In this document: positions 25,472-38,743 of the stretch, piece after piece
Layout of the letters: each line of letters starts with the position of its first letter
How positions within the stretch are numbered: the stretch's first letter is position 1
Origin: Catajapyx aquilonaris
Taxonomy: Eukaryota
Direction of reading: 5' to 3'
Assembly (NCBI GenBank): GCA_000934665.2
Contig: JYFJ02000044.1
Span: forward strand, 1-64,000
Length of the DNA: 64,000 bases
The notes under the pieces: model-generated
Database searches by the model: none
Seen by the model: the letters and a program-made list of their open reading frames with translations, nothing else
Told to the model about the DNA's origin: nothing
Translations under genes and position numbers: made by a program

Positions 25472-28400
25472 TAGGCGTGGGTCTCCCCAATCTATTTTCT
25501 CCTGCCCTTTGCACTTTTTGCCAGGCAACTCTCAGGACTGGACCAAAAAAATAACCGCCTCATAACATAACAAACCCCCATATGCTACGTTGTATACGGT
25601 AGTTTAAGCTATCCTTTCTCTCCCAACCCACATTATACAGTGTTGATGTGCCTATGTATTTCGTGTCGAAAAAGTGTACGCCATTTAATCACACTTGGTG
25701 TTTAATTTTTCTCCTTTATGGCGTGAGAGATAAAGTGGGGGTTGTCCAGTCCTGTCAGTTTCCCGGAGGTCAGAGGGTAAGATAACAGAGTTCGACCCGT
25801 CCAGCATCAGAGTTCGTTAAGTCACAGTCTCCAAACAATCATATTTGTCCAGGACGCTTTCGGGGGTGTGGGTGAAAAAAATTTCGTTTTTCTTCTCACT
25901 GCTCCTTTTTGCTCTAAGGTGGGCCTTACATTTGCACAGGTACTTATGTGTGCACAAGTGATCGCTGGTGCTGGACGGATGTCCTGAGGAATATGACAAT
26001 GATGTATACTTTTCTACGGCTTCAGGAGTTTGAGCAAGTTGTACAAGACGACTTTTGATTTTTGATTTTCATCTGGGTAATGTCTAAAAGGTGCTGATTG
26101 TTGTGGGTGTGGATGCCATAAGACTATCAAAGGTTGATTGAATGAATAAATTATTTACAATCCGAATCGAAAGTGCAGTTCATACCAACAACCAGCCAAC
26201 ATCAGCCTAAACTAATTTACTCAGTAATGCAGACAAAGTGAGAGAGTAATATCATTTACCTCCGTCCAAAAAAACATACGTTGTTAGTAAACCAGAGATA
26301 AAAATTCTACGGCAGGAATTGGTGTAGTTAGATTTCTCTATGAGAGAGAGTGTTTTGCAGCGAATGGAAACAAGGTGTGATGACTTCTTCTGAAGTGATG
26401 ACGAGGAACAGACAGCACCTTTTATGCATTATAAGAACCAAAAAGAAACGGCAGGAGATTTCACTTAGGTCACAACTTGATAGGCTCCTTTATATGGATC
26501 TACTATAATGACTCGGCATTCATTTGAGTTTCCTTCTCACCGCCAGTTCTTTATCAACTGACCTGTATACTACAGTAGAACCACCACTTTGTGATGTACC
26601 CCCTCCTACTAACCTGTCACTGATTTATTGGGAAAAAAAGAACCACCCTCTACGATGGATATACTCTTGAGTGAAAAGGGGGTTGGGGATTTCTAAATGT
26701 GCATGCAGAAAAACGGGCAGAAAAACAGTCTTATTATACGGTTATGTATATCCAAAACAGCCGAGATTCAGATAAGTTATATGAAGACATTATAAAAATC
26801 CACCAAATCATGGTTCATGGTTACCATGTACTGAAAAAAAAGCAATCAAAAAAAGCATAAAGTTCCAGAAAACGTTGCAGAAAAAAAGGAGTGTACCGTG
26901 TCAGTGTTTCTCCACAGTTAGGTCACTGACTGCCTGCATTGAGTCCAAGGTGTCGCACCCAAAGCTTCGTGGTCAATAAAAAAAGGGCCCGGGTGCCATG
27001 TTGGACTAACTTGAACCCTAGTAGAAACCTTTCTGGTTCCAGCCTCCCACAAAGGTTTCTACACATAAAGTGTCAAACATGGAACCCTGCCGCTCTTTTT
27101 TTTTAAAATAAATGTGAAAAAAAATATTAAAAGATGGAATGAGTCTCGGATGCGGGTGTTTGGACCTTGCGACCTGATGTTCTACCTCGTTGTGAACTTG
27201 CATGTTAATTCAATCATAGCTAATAGCGAGTTTGCGCATGCAGTGTTTGCAAATCATAGATGCCATCCCGTCCTACATAAAATGACAAAAATTTTCAAAA
27301 AAAAAGTACAAAACGCCTTAGAAAAAAAACCCATACTAAAAAATAACATTCAATATCCGCTTTTGTTGGCTGATTATTTATCTGGATAAAAATAAAAAAG
27401 TACACCCTATGATTTTTAATTTTTCTGTGGGCCGCTGCAGTATTAAGTATTATGTGGAGAAAAAAAATGCCGCCTCTTTACCATTTTCTTTTACTTCTCC
27501 GTAGGAGAACTCAAGACTGAATCCTTAACTGTGACATTTTTACCTTTAGTTTTAGATCCATGAGCCCCTTACTTGCGTCCGTTTTGTTGTCATCTTACAA
27601 ATGATATAAAAACAAAAAGGAAGAGGAAAAGGTAACAGGGATTTCAGTAGCTATTTTTCTCCTAGGTGGAAGTTGATTCATTTCATTCCGTATTTCCTTC
27701 GCCAAGACCTAAAAAAATCTATACCCTCCCCCCCCAGAAAAACCTTCACCTCACTTGTAGTCCTTGATATAATCTTCATGTTATGATGATATATGATATA
27801 GTTATACACACACAATGTTGGTGTATGAAAAATGCTGGTGTCAAGAGCATCATGAATTTTATCGCTGTACATAAATGTCAAAGTTAACGATGTATAACTA
27901 TTCAGCCTATAAATCTTATTTTTGTGAAGTTATACCTAATTGCTGTAACTAATTCAGATTATTTATTGTCCAACATATGAAAGAATAAAATGCAAAATGA
28001 TTTGGTGGAAAGAGCGTGTTACGCTGAAGTTTGGCAAAAACGTGACCGCTTGCTATATACTATACCACAGTACTATACTACTACAGCAGACGATTGATGA
28101 TGCCATACTTTCCAAGGTGAGCCGCACATTAATTCATACCTACATGTAACTTCCTTTTTTTTTTTATACGACGCTGCAGGTTTTCCTTCACACGTATTGT
28201 CTGCGCTTTATCATATAGTTGCTTGCACATAAAATTTCTGGGTTGGTCATATGGTTTAAGCTACTTATCGAGGTCAGCAGGACTCTACTGAAGTCTCCAG
28301 CATGTTCTTTAATTTCATGATGATATAAAGGCATATCATATTGCAATATTCAAATAATGATCAATTTATCTCAAAACCCACCAATCGAAAGCAACGAGTA

Positions 28401-29286
28401 AAAATAATGAGCCAGATACCCAATATGTCCCGTCTTTTATACCAGATTAGATTTCCGACAGCATGAACTCTTCCAATATGGTTGAAATTAATAATTTCAT
28501 TTCACAATATTTCTGGGTCTCATCTCTAGCACTTCCATCGCAAATGCAATCTTAGCAGGGTGCAAGCTCTTTGATAAAAAATTGCACTCAATTCTTTGTT
28601 GGGGGCTATAAGCTCATTGCAAGTAAACGCACAAAAATATCTGGGCCAAAGCAAATTTTTGTTCCCAGGTCACTGCAGACGCCTACAACTACACCGTGTC
28701 CAACTCATCGCAAAGGTATGTCATCTCGGGTAGGTCAGGTGTGATTAAGTTCTAACCAGCAATTAGACTAAAACTATTTTTTAGTAGCTCTAAAATGACC
28801 CACGCTATCACATCAGCTCATTAAAAAAAAAAAAGGGTAGCCGCGATTTCCGTAAGCCGTGATTACAAGCAGCTACGTTGCATCCGACCCACATCCGACG
28901 TTGCCACATGTATTGAAGTTGCAGCCCACTGCTGCCAATTTTTGTAGTCGAGTGTGGTTGGCACCCCTGCCTCACTTGATCAAGGCCAGCTGTGCAATGC
29001 AGCGGACTTTTGTGTGAGTACCGCTGTACGTGCGGATTACTCACCGAGGCTTCCTTCCTTCTGCAGCTGACCCCCCTCGAGACATGCGTCCCACTTGTGC
29101 GGCCACCGCACGACTATCCTACGGCCCTGCCCCCCGAGTCGTCCCCTCTCTCCGCCTGGGTGAAGAAGCAGCGGGGATGGAGCATCACAGTTGAGGAGGG
29201 GTGGAGTGGGAAGGAAAGGAAGGAGCCAACCAAGGTTGACCACCATCAAAGGCCATCATCCAACAATAGAGGGACTAGGCTGCAGG

Positions 29287-31193
29287 ATGGACGAGGAGGA
29301 GGAGGAGCTGGACCCCAGGATACAGGACGAGCTGGAGACTCTCAACGTGGCCACGGACAACATCAACCGGCTGGAGAAGGAGCTGGAGGTACAGTGTGTA
29401 CTCGCCCCCACAATACAATGTCATTCACACTGGCACCCCAGTTGACTGCACTTACTGGCCAATTGTCGTCTGCACAGCTGCAATCGTTTCATTGAGTGGC
29501 ATTCCCATTCGCTTCTTGATGAATGGATGAGTCAGCATCTGTTCTTATAAGTGAATGCGAAGATGTGTTTTTCTGCAGGTGTGACGTCAAGCAGGTGCAT
29601 TTTTTAATGTAGCTGCGTGATTTTGACATTGGCTTATCTGCATGTACAACAATAATGGGTCGTAAAATGCTAATCGTTTCTAGTCAATACCGACTGTGAC
29701 AAAGGACAAAGAAATCAGTGAGAACTGGTTCAATGCATCCTGCGTGATTGACATTCCTGACATGCTGTTCAATATGAAGAGATAGACATGGATATGAGTA
29801 ATTGAGCACGTTGTACCTATCGCCTTTATTGCACCTTGTTAACAGCTGCTATGTAAGTGGGTGCATGTACTGTGGTCACATGACGTCACATGCAGGATGT
29901 AATAACCTTTAAGAGTAATCTTTGTGATGTCATCTTGATAAGAACTGGACAGTGGAATGAACTGTTCAAATTCCAGTTAATGTAAAAGAAGTAGAACGCA
30001 GCAATTACAGTGAGATATTTAGGCCATGAAGTTATGTGGGTGGTTGTCTGCAATTTACTTCATGCATGCCTTATCGGGAGCAATGTAATCATTATTTGGG
30101 GGGTGGCAAAAACAGTTTGTTCATTATACAGACAACTTTTCCTGATATACCTTTAATAATAGTGACAGTGACAATGAGGATGTCATGTACACTTATGTCG
30201 TAACCAACCTTGACGTAGCAATTTCTTAATTACTACAGCAGCTAATTATTATTCTATTACCATTTCAGGATTCCAACACACTGTTTCGCAACCTTCTGAG
30301 TGAGTCAACCCAGCAACTGAACCAGATGGCCAAGAAACTCGGCGCAAGTGTCAAAAAAGCCAGGCCTTACTACGAGGCCCTCCAAGCAGCTCGTAAGGCT
30401 CACTTAGAGTGCCAGGAGGCAGCCATTCAGTTCCAGAGAGCTAACAGTAATCGCCAATTTGCATTTAAAATGTTTTTATACAGAGCGTAACAACAACTGT
30501 TCTTTCAGGTGTTCACCAAGCAGCTAAAGAAACAGTCTCGGTTGCAGAGCAGCGTTTTCTGAACAAGAAAAACGAATATGAATTTGATAGCACGTGGCAG
30601 GAGTTGCTGAATCAAGCCACAATGAAAGTGAGTTTGTGTCGATAGGCCGCATGAATGTGGATCATAATAGAATGCCACGTTATTGACATGATTATGATAT
30701 TTATGATATTATGATATTATGATATATTATATTTATGATATATTATGATGATGTCTATTACATTTATCAAGCCATACTTTTACAGGTGATTGAGGCAGAC
30801 AGTCAGAAAGCAGCAAGTGAGCTAGAGCACCAACGAAAGGCAGATATTTTTAGAGCTGCAGAGCAGACACTGCATGCCCTGGAGCAGAAGCTGAGCAGGG
30901 AAGTGTCGAAATCCCGTCCATATTTTGAGGCCAAATCACTCTTGGATGAGAGACTTGCGGCACAAAAGAGGAGGGTGGAGGCATTGCAGGACGCTGTGGG
31001 CTCCTGCAAGCGTACTTACGCTCGAACACTGGGCCAACTTGAGTCAATCTCGGAGGAGATTCATGGGAGGAGAAGGGCTCTACAAGTTAGGGAGCCTGGT
31101 GTTGGGGCAGAGGGCGTCCAGGAAGAGGAGAGAGGTGCAGCGATTGTCACGAAAGATGAAGCTAAGTGTGATGGTGATGGACTGTGCATTTAA
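29287..31193 (+). CDS. SH3BP5: SH3 domain-binding protein 5 family (SH3BP5/Sab, Drosophila parcas) coiled-coil Rab11 GEF, ~268 aa
   Basis: Four exons: 29287-29388, 30269-30446, 30509-30627, 30786-31193, all GT-AG with consistent phase. Family motifs: LDPRIQDELETLNVATDNINRLEKELE, LGASVKKARPYYEA, FQRANSVHQAAKETV, FDSTWQELLNQATMKV, SKSRPYFEAK, LESISEEIH, REPGVGAE. The ATG at 29287 is the likely start, but an upstream exon is possible. Confidence 0.93.
30690..30750. repeat. Degenerate (GATATTAT)n minisatellite in SH3BP5 intron 3
   Basis: Repeated ATGATATT/TATGATAT units. Confidence 0.75.
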
Positions 31194-32672
31194 GAAACTT
31201 AAAGGTCCAAGCGTGTGAGTCCACAGAGTTGCTAAACGCAGGGTATGGAGTTGCAGGTCCTACGGATCTCGCGAAGACTGAGAGTCAGTCGTGCCTTAAA
31301 GTTACAGATCTTGGCATAGTTCCCCTGTGTTGACAAGCTTAACGAATGCAGTGTCACAGTTTAATAGGTTGTGCGTCGGCATTTTATTTTGTGGGCACTT
31401 AGGGCATTGTGTTTTGTGTAAAAGAAAAATCAGAGCATTTATTTACTAGCCGTACAATCAAACCTTGCACTAAAATCAGAACCTTGTGACCAGTGATACA
31501 AAGTCTATATCAAAGTTTGTTTTTGCAATATAGCCAAATTTTTGTATGATGTTACCACTGAGATTAATCTTGATTAGATTGCAGTCTACGGGTGTAGGTA
31601 AATAGTTTGGCCTCAGCTATTTATGGCATTTCTGAAGGCTGACATGGAGTTGTACATTTTAAGCTCACTCTTTTTTTTGTCTAACCCTGTAGCCGAGAAA
31701 CTTAGAGTATGTGCAGCAAATGCCAAATACTATGTATCTGTATTTGTTTCATGCACGCAACTGTGTTTCAACACAAGTAGGCCTTTTATGTTAAAATTTA
31801 GGTCGCATTTACTTGCATATAAGTCTCATTCTTGATTTTTGGGGTGGAAATCATGGAACCAGAAAAACAGTTTATAGAGGTGCTCCCTCTTTGCAGTGCA
31901 ATAACGTACCTGGAGTGCTGTGGAAGGAAACTTGACGTAAATATTTTAAGTTACTTGGCTCAACAGGATAACTGAACTTAATGAAATGTCTGCCTCTCTA
32001 TTCCTGCCGAAATAGTCCATCCTTCAAATTTTATAGCTATTGAAATAATTGTGGACATCTTAATAATTGTTTTAGAAGTACTTGTCCAGGAATTACTAGT
32101 CATTGTCAAATTTTTACTCTGAATTATTGTGAATGGTGAAAACGAATGGTGGCTTATTTTTTTTAATTTAAGAAGAGATTGAAATTTACCTTTAAGCGAT
32201 GCTACTTTCACGCCAGAAAGTTGTTTGAGAATTCACTTCATATCACATAATTGATCCTTCCCTCGATATCGATCACAATGTCTGGTTTTTAGCTATCAAA
32301 ACACATGCGACTTATACGTGAGTAAACGCAACATTGTAATTCACATTATATATTTCTCCTAATGCAAATGCAAGTAAGCTGAAATCTCAAAAGGATCTTT
32401 GTGCGCATCTGGCACATCTTAAAACACTAGTGAGCAATGAAAAGTCCTCAATTATTGTCTGTGATAAGCAGTGAGGCAGTATTAACAATTTTCATCGATA
32501 TTCAAGATTCATGTTCTTCCAGCGACAAAGAATATCCTACGCCTGTGTAATCATGGGGCGATTCTTAGCCCTGCCAAAGTCAGCATTGCCAGCTCGGAAG
32601 CATCCTGTGAAAGATATTGCGTTGGGGACACACCGCTGATGTAAATTTTAAGCTCATGGTTGGATTAATATG

Positions 32673-32708
32673 TTTATTTTCTATACTGATAATCTTACAA
32701 TAAATAAA
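32673..32708. terminator. Opposing poly(A) signals for convergent SH3BP5 (+, AATAAA 32699-32708) and integrin (-, AATAAA at 32678-32673)
   Basis: These are the first canonical hexamers I could find downstream of each stop codon. Their use is inferred. Confidence 0.4.
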
Positions 32709-33549
32709 AAATTCTTGACAATGACAATCTCATGTACAGATTTCTAATCCAACCTGCAGCACAACAATGGCACTTCAGACACGGGTGAGATTCATTACAT
32801 TTTTTTTTTGTTACTTGGGACTCGAACCCAACGGTTAGGCCCAGCAGTGTTTAAGGGCAGTGTTCAGTTGTGTTTGGGCCCTTAACGGCAAAGTGTTAAT
32901 TCAGGCACACAGAATCGACAAATGGCACTTGGGTTTAACGTGCGCTTGTAAATGGCATTTAGTTTTGAGCTTATTCTACCTTGCTGCTTTTTAGAGATCA
33001 CACATTTTCTAGCTACTCTAAAATCCGGTGCAAGCTTTCTTATTTACAAACTGTACAAATTCATGCATCAAGATTAGACTTTACAATGCAAGACGGGTTT
33101 GATTTTGCTTTCACAAAAGTTGAAGATTCCTCGTGCAACAAGGAAGGAATTTGTTGGAGAAATATAAAATCTATGGAAAGTAAGTACAAACACTCTTGCA
33201 TCGTTTTATAAATAAATATAGCAGTCTTGGACGAAACAATACAGTGGCAGCCAATTAGCACAAAAGTTTTTTAAAATGCATGAGAGATTGTGTAGGAGAT
33301 ATGGTTTGCGTCCCTTTGGCTTTGAAGAAAAATTAAGCTGTCATTTTCTTTGTCTGCATGTGACAAACCATTGACTGTCATGGATGTTAATTGTGTTACG
33401 TTGCCTATTGAAAAATTTGTGGTACAATTGGTACCACTCAAGTCCCTCTGAATTTTTCCACCCATCCATAGGATGACTAATCCTCTCCACTTTTTGCAGT
33501 AAAAAATGGTATTTCACCAGGCTGTAATAATTTCTTGATCACTGGTTGG

Positions 33550-36500
33550 TCATAACTGTTCATCTCCAGGCTGGAAATGTCCGTTGCGATGCAGGGGTTC
33601 CTTCTCAGGCGTGTCGTGTGGCCGCTTCCTCTCAAAGAATCCAAGCTAATGGAAGGAAAATAAGTGAGCATATATTCAGGCTAAGCTAGCAGCGATTCAG
33701 GTTACGTACCATGTAGAGCAAGAGGGCAATCAGGAGAAGCAGAATTACTCCAGCACAGGCGGAGACTACGACTATCCACAGCGGCACTGGCTTTGGCTTG
33801 TCCAAGTCGGGTTTTGGAGCAACTTTAGTCTCGATAACTTCAGTTTGGACGCCCAAGTACGTTGGGTCAACATTCAGCGGTAACTGTTGTACCCGTGATA
33901 CCAGCTTAGAGGACAGGACTACTTCTCCAATTCCATTCTGTAAAGTGGAATCAATTTCACGAGGTCAGATGAGAGATATCCAATGGCAGTTACCCCAACC
34001 AAACTGGCAATGAGATGAATGTTACGTACCTTTTTGAGAGTGTCTACCCACAGCCTAGAACGTATATAGAAGATCACACGCTGCTTTGCTCCAAGCGAAT
34101 CAAGCCTGCACTTGATGTAAGTGCACTTGACCGGTCCACAGTCTTGCTCCTGGTCAAACTCATCATAGAGTGCCCTCTTCTGCCTGAATTCAGTACGCCT
34201 GGTTTCCTTCCTCTCCTCTTGTCTGTGCCTCACATACTGTGCCCCACTTTGTTCATAGGGAAACTTCTGCTGTGTCTGACTGTCAGTGAGACGATCATTA
34301 TCATGACCACCTGACGCAAATGATGAGTAATGTTTGATTCGACCAGTGTCATCTAGATCAGGGTCACTTCCACCCCAGGTTTGATGGGTCCAGGTACGCC
34401 CACCGTCATGGGATTCAGATATTCTCCCATGTTGTTCTGAGCGATGTTCTGTACGTGTAATGGTTCTTTCGTCGTTGTCTCCTGGAGTGCGTGCATGATA
34501 GATAATGCGTCCATCACTACCACGCCTAGTTGGGACGAGCAAGTTGGGGTCTACTTGTCCTGTGGTTTCGAAGCGGGTGCTGTGGTGTTCTGTGCGCCTT
34601 ATGGTGCCTCCAGATGCCCCAGGGAACTGTCCAGTGCCTCCCAATCTGCGCCACTCTTCTTCTGAGATACTCCATTGACCGCCAGAACTGTCTGTGGTGA
34701 CACCAGACCTCCATGACTCTTCAGAACCACCATGTTGTTGCCTTGTTTCAGAACCACCATGTTGTTGCCTTGTTTCAGAACCACCATGTTGTTGCCTTGT
34801 TTCAGAACCACCATGTTGTCTCCTTGTTTCAGATCCGCTGCCACCAGAGCTGCTGGAACGTCTCCATGACTCTTCAGACCTGTGCACAGTTCCATGCACA
34901 ATTCCCGAGTCTTCACTTCCACCTCCAGAACGTCTCCATGTCCCTTCTGATCCAGTAACAGTTCCATGCACGACCCCAGAACCTTCGCTTCCACCTCCAG
35001 AACGTCTCCATGTCCCTTCTGATCCAGTAACAGTTCCATGCACGACCCCAGAACCTTCACTTCTACTTCCAGAACGTGTCCAGGTCCCTTCCGAACCACT
35101 CACAGTTCCAGATGAACCACTCACAGTTCCAGATGAACCACTCACAGTTCCAGATGAACCACTAGAATGCCTCCAGGAACCTCCTGATACTGATGAAGTT
35201 CCAGATTCACTACCAGAAGTCCTCCGGGTCTCCTCATATTCACTTCCAGACCTCCTCCATGTTCCATCTGATCCTGAACGTCTCCAGGAATCTTCACCAG
35301 CAGATCCTGCTCCACTGCCACCGCTAGTCTGTGTCCATGTTTCTCTTGTACCAGTCTGTGTGACAATGCCTCCACCAGAAATAGTTCCAGTGGAGCGCCT
35401 TGAAGTATCATCATCAGTGTGTCCGCTTACACTCCCACTGGAATGCCTCCAGGTTTCACTTCTAGACGTGCCAGTTCTTCCAGAAACTACAGTTCCAGAG
35501 CGATCCACGTCACCGTCTGTGCCCACACGCCTCTCACTCGACTCCGTTACTCGAGTTCTGGTTTCTGTTCTTGTGGAAGTTCCAGTGCCATCTGGTCCAG
35601 TTGTTTCTCCCCATTCAAAGCGGCTTCTTCCACCTGACCCAGCTTCAACATGCCCATCACTTCCAGACCATCGGTGCTCAGTAGTAGTATTGGTTATAAC
35701 TGTTCTGCCGCCGTCTCCCTCAGTTCGTGTCTCCCACCTTCGTTGAGTACCTGTCCCATATATGTCAGTTCCGGAGGATTCAGACACTCGCCTGGTCTCA
35801 TCTGTGCGAACCCTACTTCCTCGAGTTGCATCAATTCCCTCACTTGAACCAGAACTTGATCCAGAGGAGACGTGAGTGCGCTCCTCTGTCACCCGTACCT
35901 GGCCCTCGTTGCGGGTACGACCTCCTCGGGTCGTGTCAATGCTACCACCAGATTGGTCGACTATTGTTCTGTGTCCAGACCGTCCTCCCTCACCACCATA
36001 GCCATTCTCTTCATATGTGTTCTCAATTACACTTGTTCTCTTTCCATTGGAATCCTCACGGTAGACAGTCGTTGTTCGGGTCACGTTTTTCCCTCCTCTT
36101 TCATAAAATGCTCCAAAGAGTTTATCTGTTTCAGATGTACTTGATTTGTAATTTATCTGGAAAGAAAATATTTCGTTAATTTTGTGATTTTCGTTTCTCA
36201 ATGCTGCATTAGCCTAAAATACTGAGGACTACAACTTACAGCCAGGTCGAGTGGGTTGACCTCGACTTTTTCGCAGATTCCCTTGGGTTCCGTCTCTGGT
36301 TGCTGCAGCAGGTAGAGGAGGTGGTCACCTCCCAGAGTGTAGGACGGCCACATGATCACTATATCTGTCACACCGATGCTGGAAGGCCCATCACACACAT
36401 ACTCGTAGATGTGCACCACTTCTGGGCCAATGTCTTCCTCCTCAGTTACAGGCTTTCTGGTATGTTTGTCTACGTCGTAGTAAACGTCGGATGGTGTTGA

Positions 36501-38676
36501 TTTGCTGCAAGTAACAATTGGCTTGGTTTAATTCATGCTTTAATTAATAATTCATACAGCCTACTACCCCAGGAAGTGGATGCAAATAATATTTGTCTGG
36601 GTTATAACTGCAATTGACTGATATTATATTTGATAGGGTAGTGGTATGTGAAATATTTAATTACACTTGATGTTTTCTATTCCAGTTGGTGAACCATACC
36701 TGGAGACACTCAGCTTGGTCTGCACTCTTATAGGCACAACTAAGAAATAGTGGTTGTTGCTCTGGCTGGTGTTAAGCTCCGGGTTGCTGCTGTTGGCCTC
36801 CATGTTGAAGTCGTAGGATGATTTGATCTGGGTGCCATACAGGCCTGTTGGCCTGAACTGCACGGTGAACTGAACCTGCAGAGAAATGCGACCAGTTAGC
36901 TCTGGTGAAACTGAAAATTGACCGATTGTGCGCAAACCTTTCGTCTTGCAGGCAATGGGTTCCCAAGGTCACAAATTACAGACCGCTCCTGTCCAAATCC
37001 GCGTTCTGGCTCTGAGCACCTGACTGATGGCTCCTTTGCCTTGCCTTCATACTCCAGACCTGATGGAATGTTTGCGTAATAGAATGCCTCAAATGCATCT
37101 TCCCCATTGTTCACCACTGTTATGTCAACATTGATAGTCTTCTTGCTGTCAATCACAAAGCTGTCAACATTTCTGCAAAGAATGAGATAAAATTAGGAAA
37201 GATCGGAAGGAAACTGCGGCTGCACATCTGCTTGACTCTTCAGGACATGCATGCTAAATATGATGCATAATTACTATAAATTAAATTGAAGGTAAATAAT
37301 AACGTTATCCATAGAATTGAACCATAAGTACTGTAACTTTTAAATGGTCTATTAGTCCCTCTTAGTTCCATTTGTTTGGCATTAAGAAGTATTCTATTGA
37401 ACAATGGTGTCATGACCCTTCTGCCCTTATCAGTAGAGCTAGGCAGAGTGATCAGCACATATAGATTTAGAGAAGGTTGAAACTTACGGTTGCACAATGA
37501 GATTTAGGTCTGGGATGCACACGTTGTCAGGTCCACAGTTCTTCTGGATAGTTATGGAATCAGATGCCTTGTGTTCAACGTTGTGGTTCAGGATGGGTAT
37601 GAGGTACCTACGATCTCGTCTCCCTCCAGATTTCATGCTGTACCACATCTCGCATTCAATCGGGGATAACTTGTCTCGAACTCCATCCTAGAAATTTAAA
37701 AAGAGACCACACTATAACAAGTAAATTACACAACAGTTATTACATTACTCTTTGTTCCCCCCATTAAACAGTTAGGCACAGGCCCAGCATTTATAGCCAC
37801 CAAGACTTATGAACTGAATCACTGTATTTGAGGTCCTTCTACATACCAGGTAGACCATGATGCTCTTCCGCATGGCCACTCCTTTGTCCAAGCGTATGGT
37901 TTGGTTCATATCACTTCTGCCTTCATCTCTCATGAAAAACATTCGCTTCTGGCTGACAGACTTTTTGGCGTCCAGCACATATTGCACATCTAGATCTAGA
38001 GTGGCAAGGAAATTAAATAAAACCATTTCCAATCTTTTTGAATGCCGACTGAAAATGCTGCAACAATGACTACCCATAGGACATGTTTTTTAGAAGTCAA
38101 AATTTGTTCTTTTAATTAATTTGAATTACCTATTTGCCTATCAGCTCCAATTCCATCATACTTGAGTAGTATATCCAACGCAACACATGGAACATGCTTT
38201 CCATCATTTAGGCTGCAGGTCTTTTCTTCCAAGCTGATAAGCTTTGAAGCTGACTTAAAATGCACTTGTGCTTCCATGTTCACCACTGGGCGAGATCTGC
38301 GGTAAAGAAAATGTACATTACAAGATGATATTAACTCCAAAACGCATGCCACGTTAGTATCAACTCTAATATTATTCGTTTTATTATTTTGCCTTGTAGT
38401 CTGTACTGATGAGATGCATACCTAAAAAATACCGCTGCATCTGCATTGTACGCTCCCACCAGCAGATCAGGATATTCATTTCCATCCAGATCCATACCCC
38501 CGGAGAGGGAAAATCCAAAAGTCGACAGGCCTCGTGTGATATCTTCAGCCATGATAACTTGGGAATATTTCTTACGAATGCCCTCTCTGGACCCATGGTA
38601 AATGTAAACTGCACCTCTGCCTGCTGGCCCATCGTAAGGTGCTCCCACAGCAAAATCTGGTCAAAATTAATCCATG

Positions 38677-38743
<67 letters not shown>

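Noticed and set aside
32815..32831. tRNA T-arm/B-box (TTGGGTTCGAGTCCCAA on the - strand) followed by an A-run
   Set aside because: No A-box, D-arm or acceptor stem. At most a SINE relic.
34694..35746. 350-aa + strand ORF with PPCCC repeats
   Set aside because: It is the antisense shadow of the repetitive integrin exon, with no independent gene signals.
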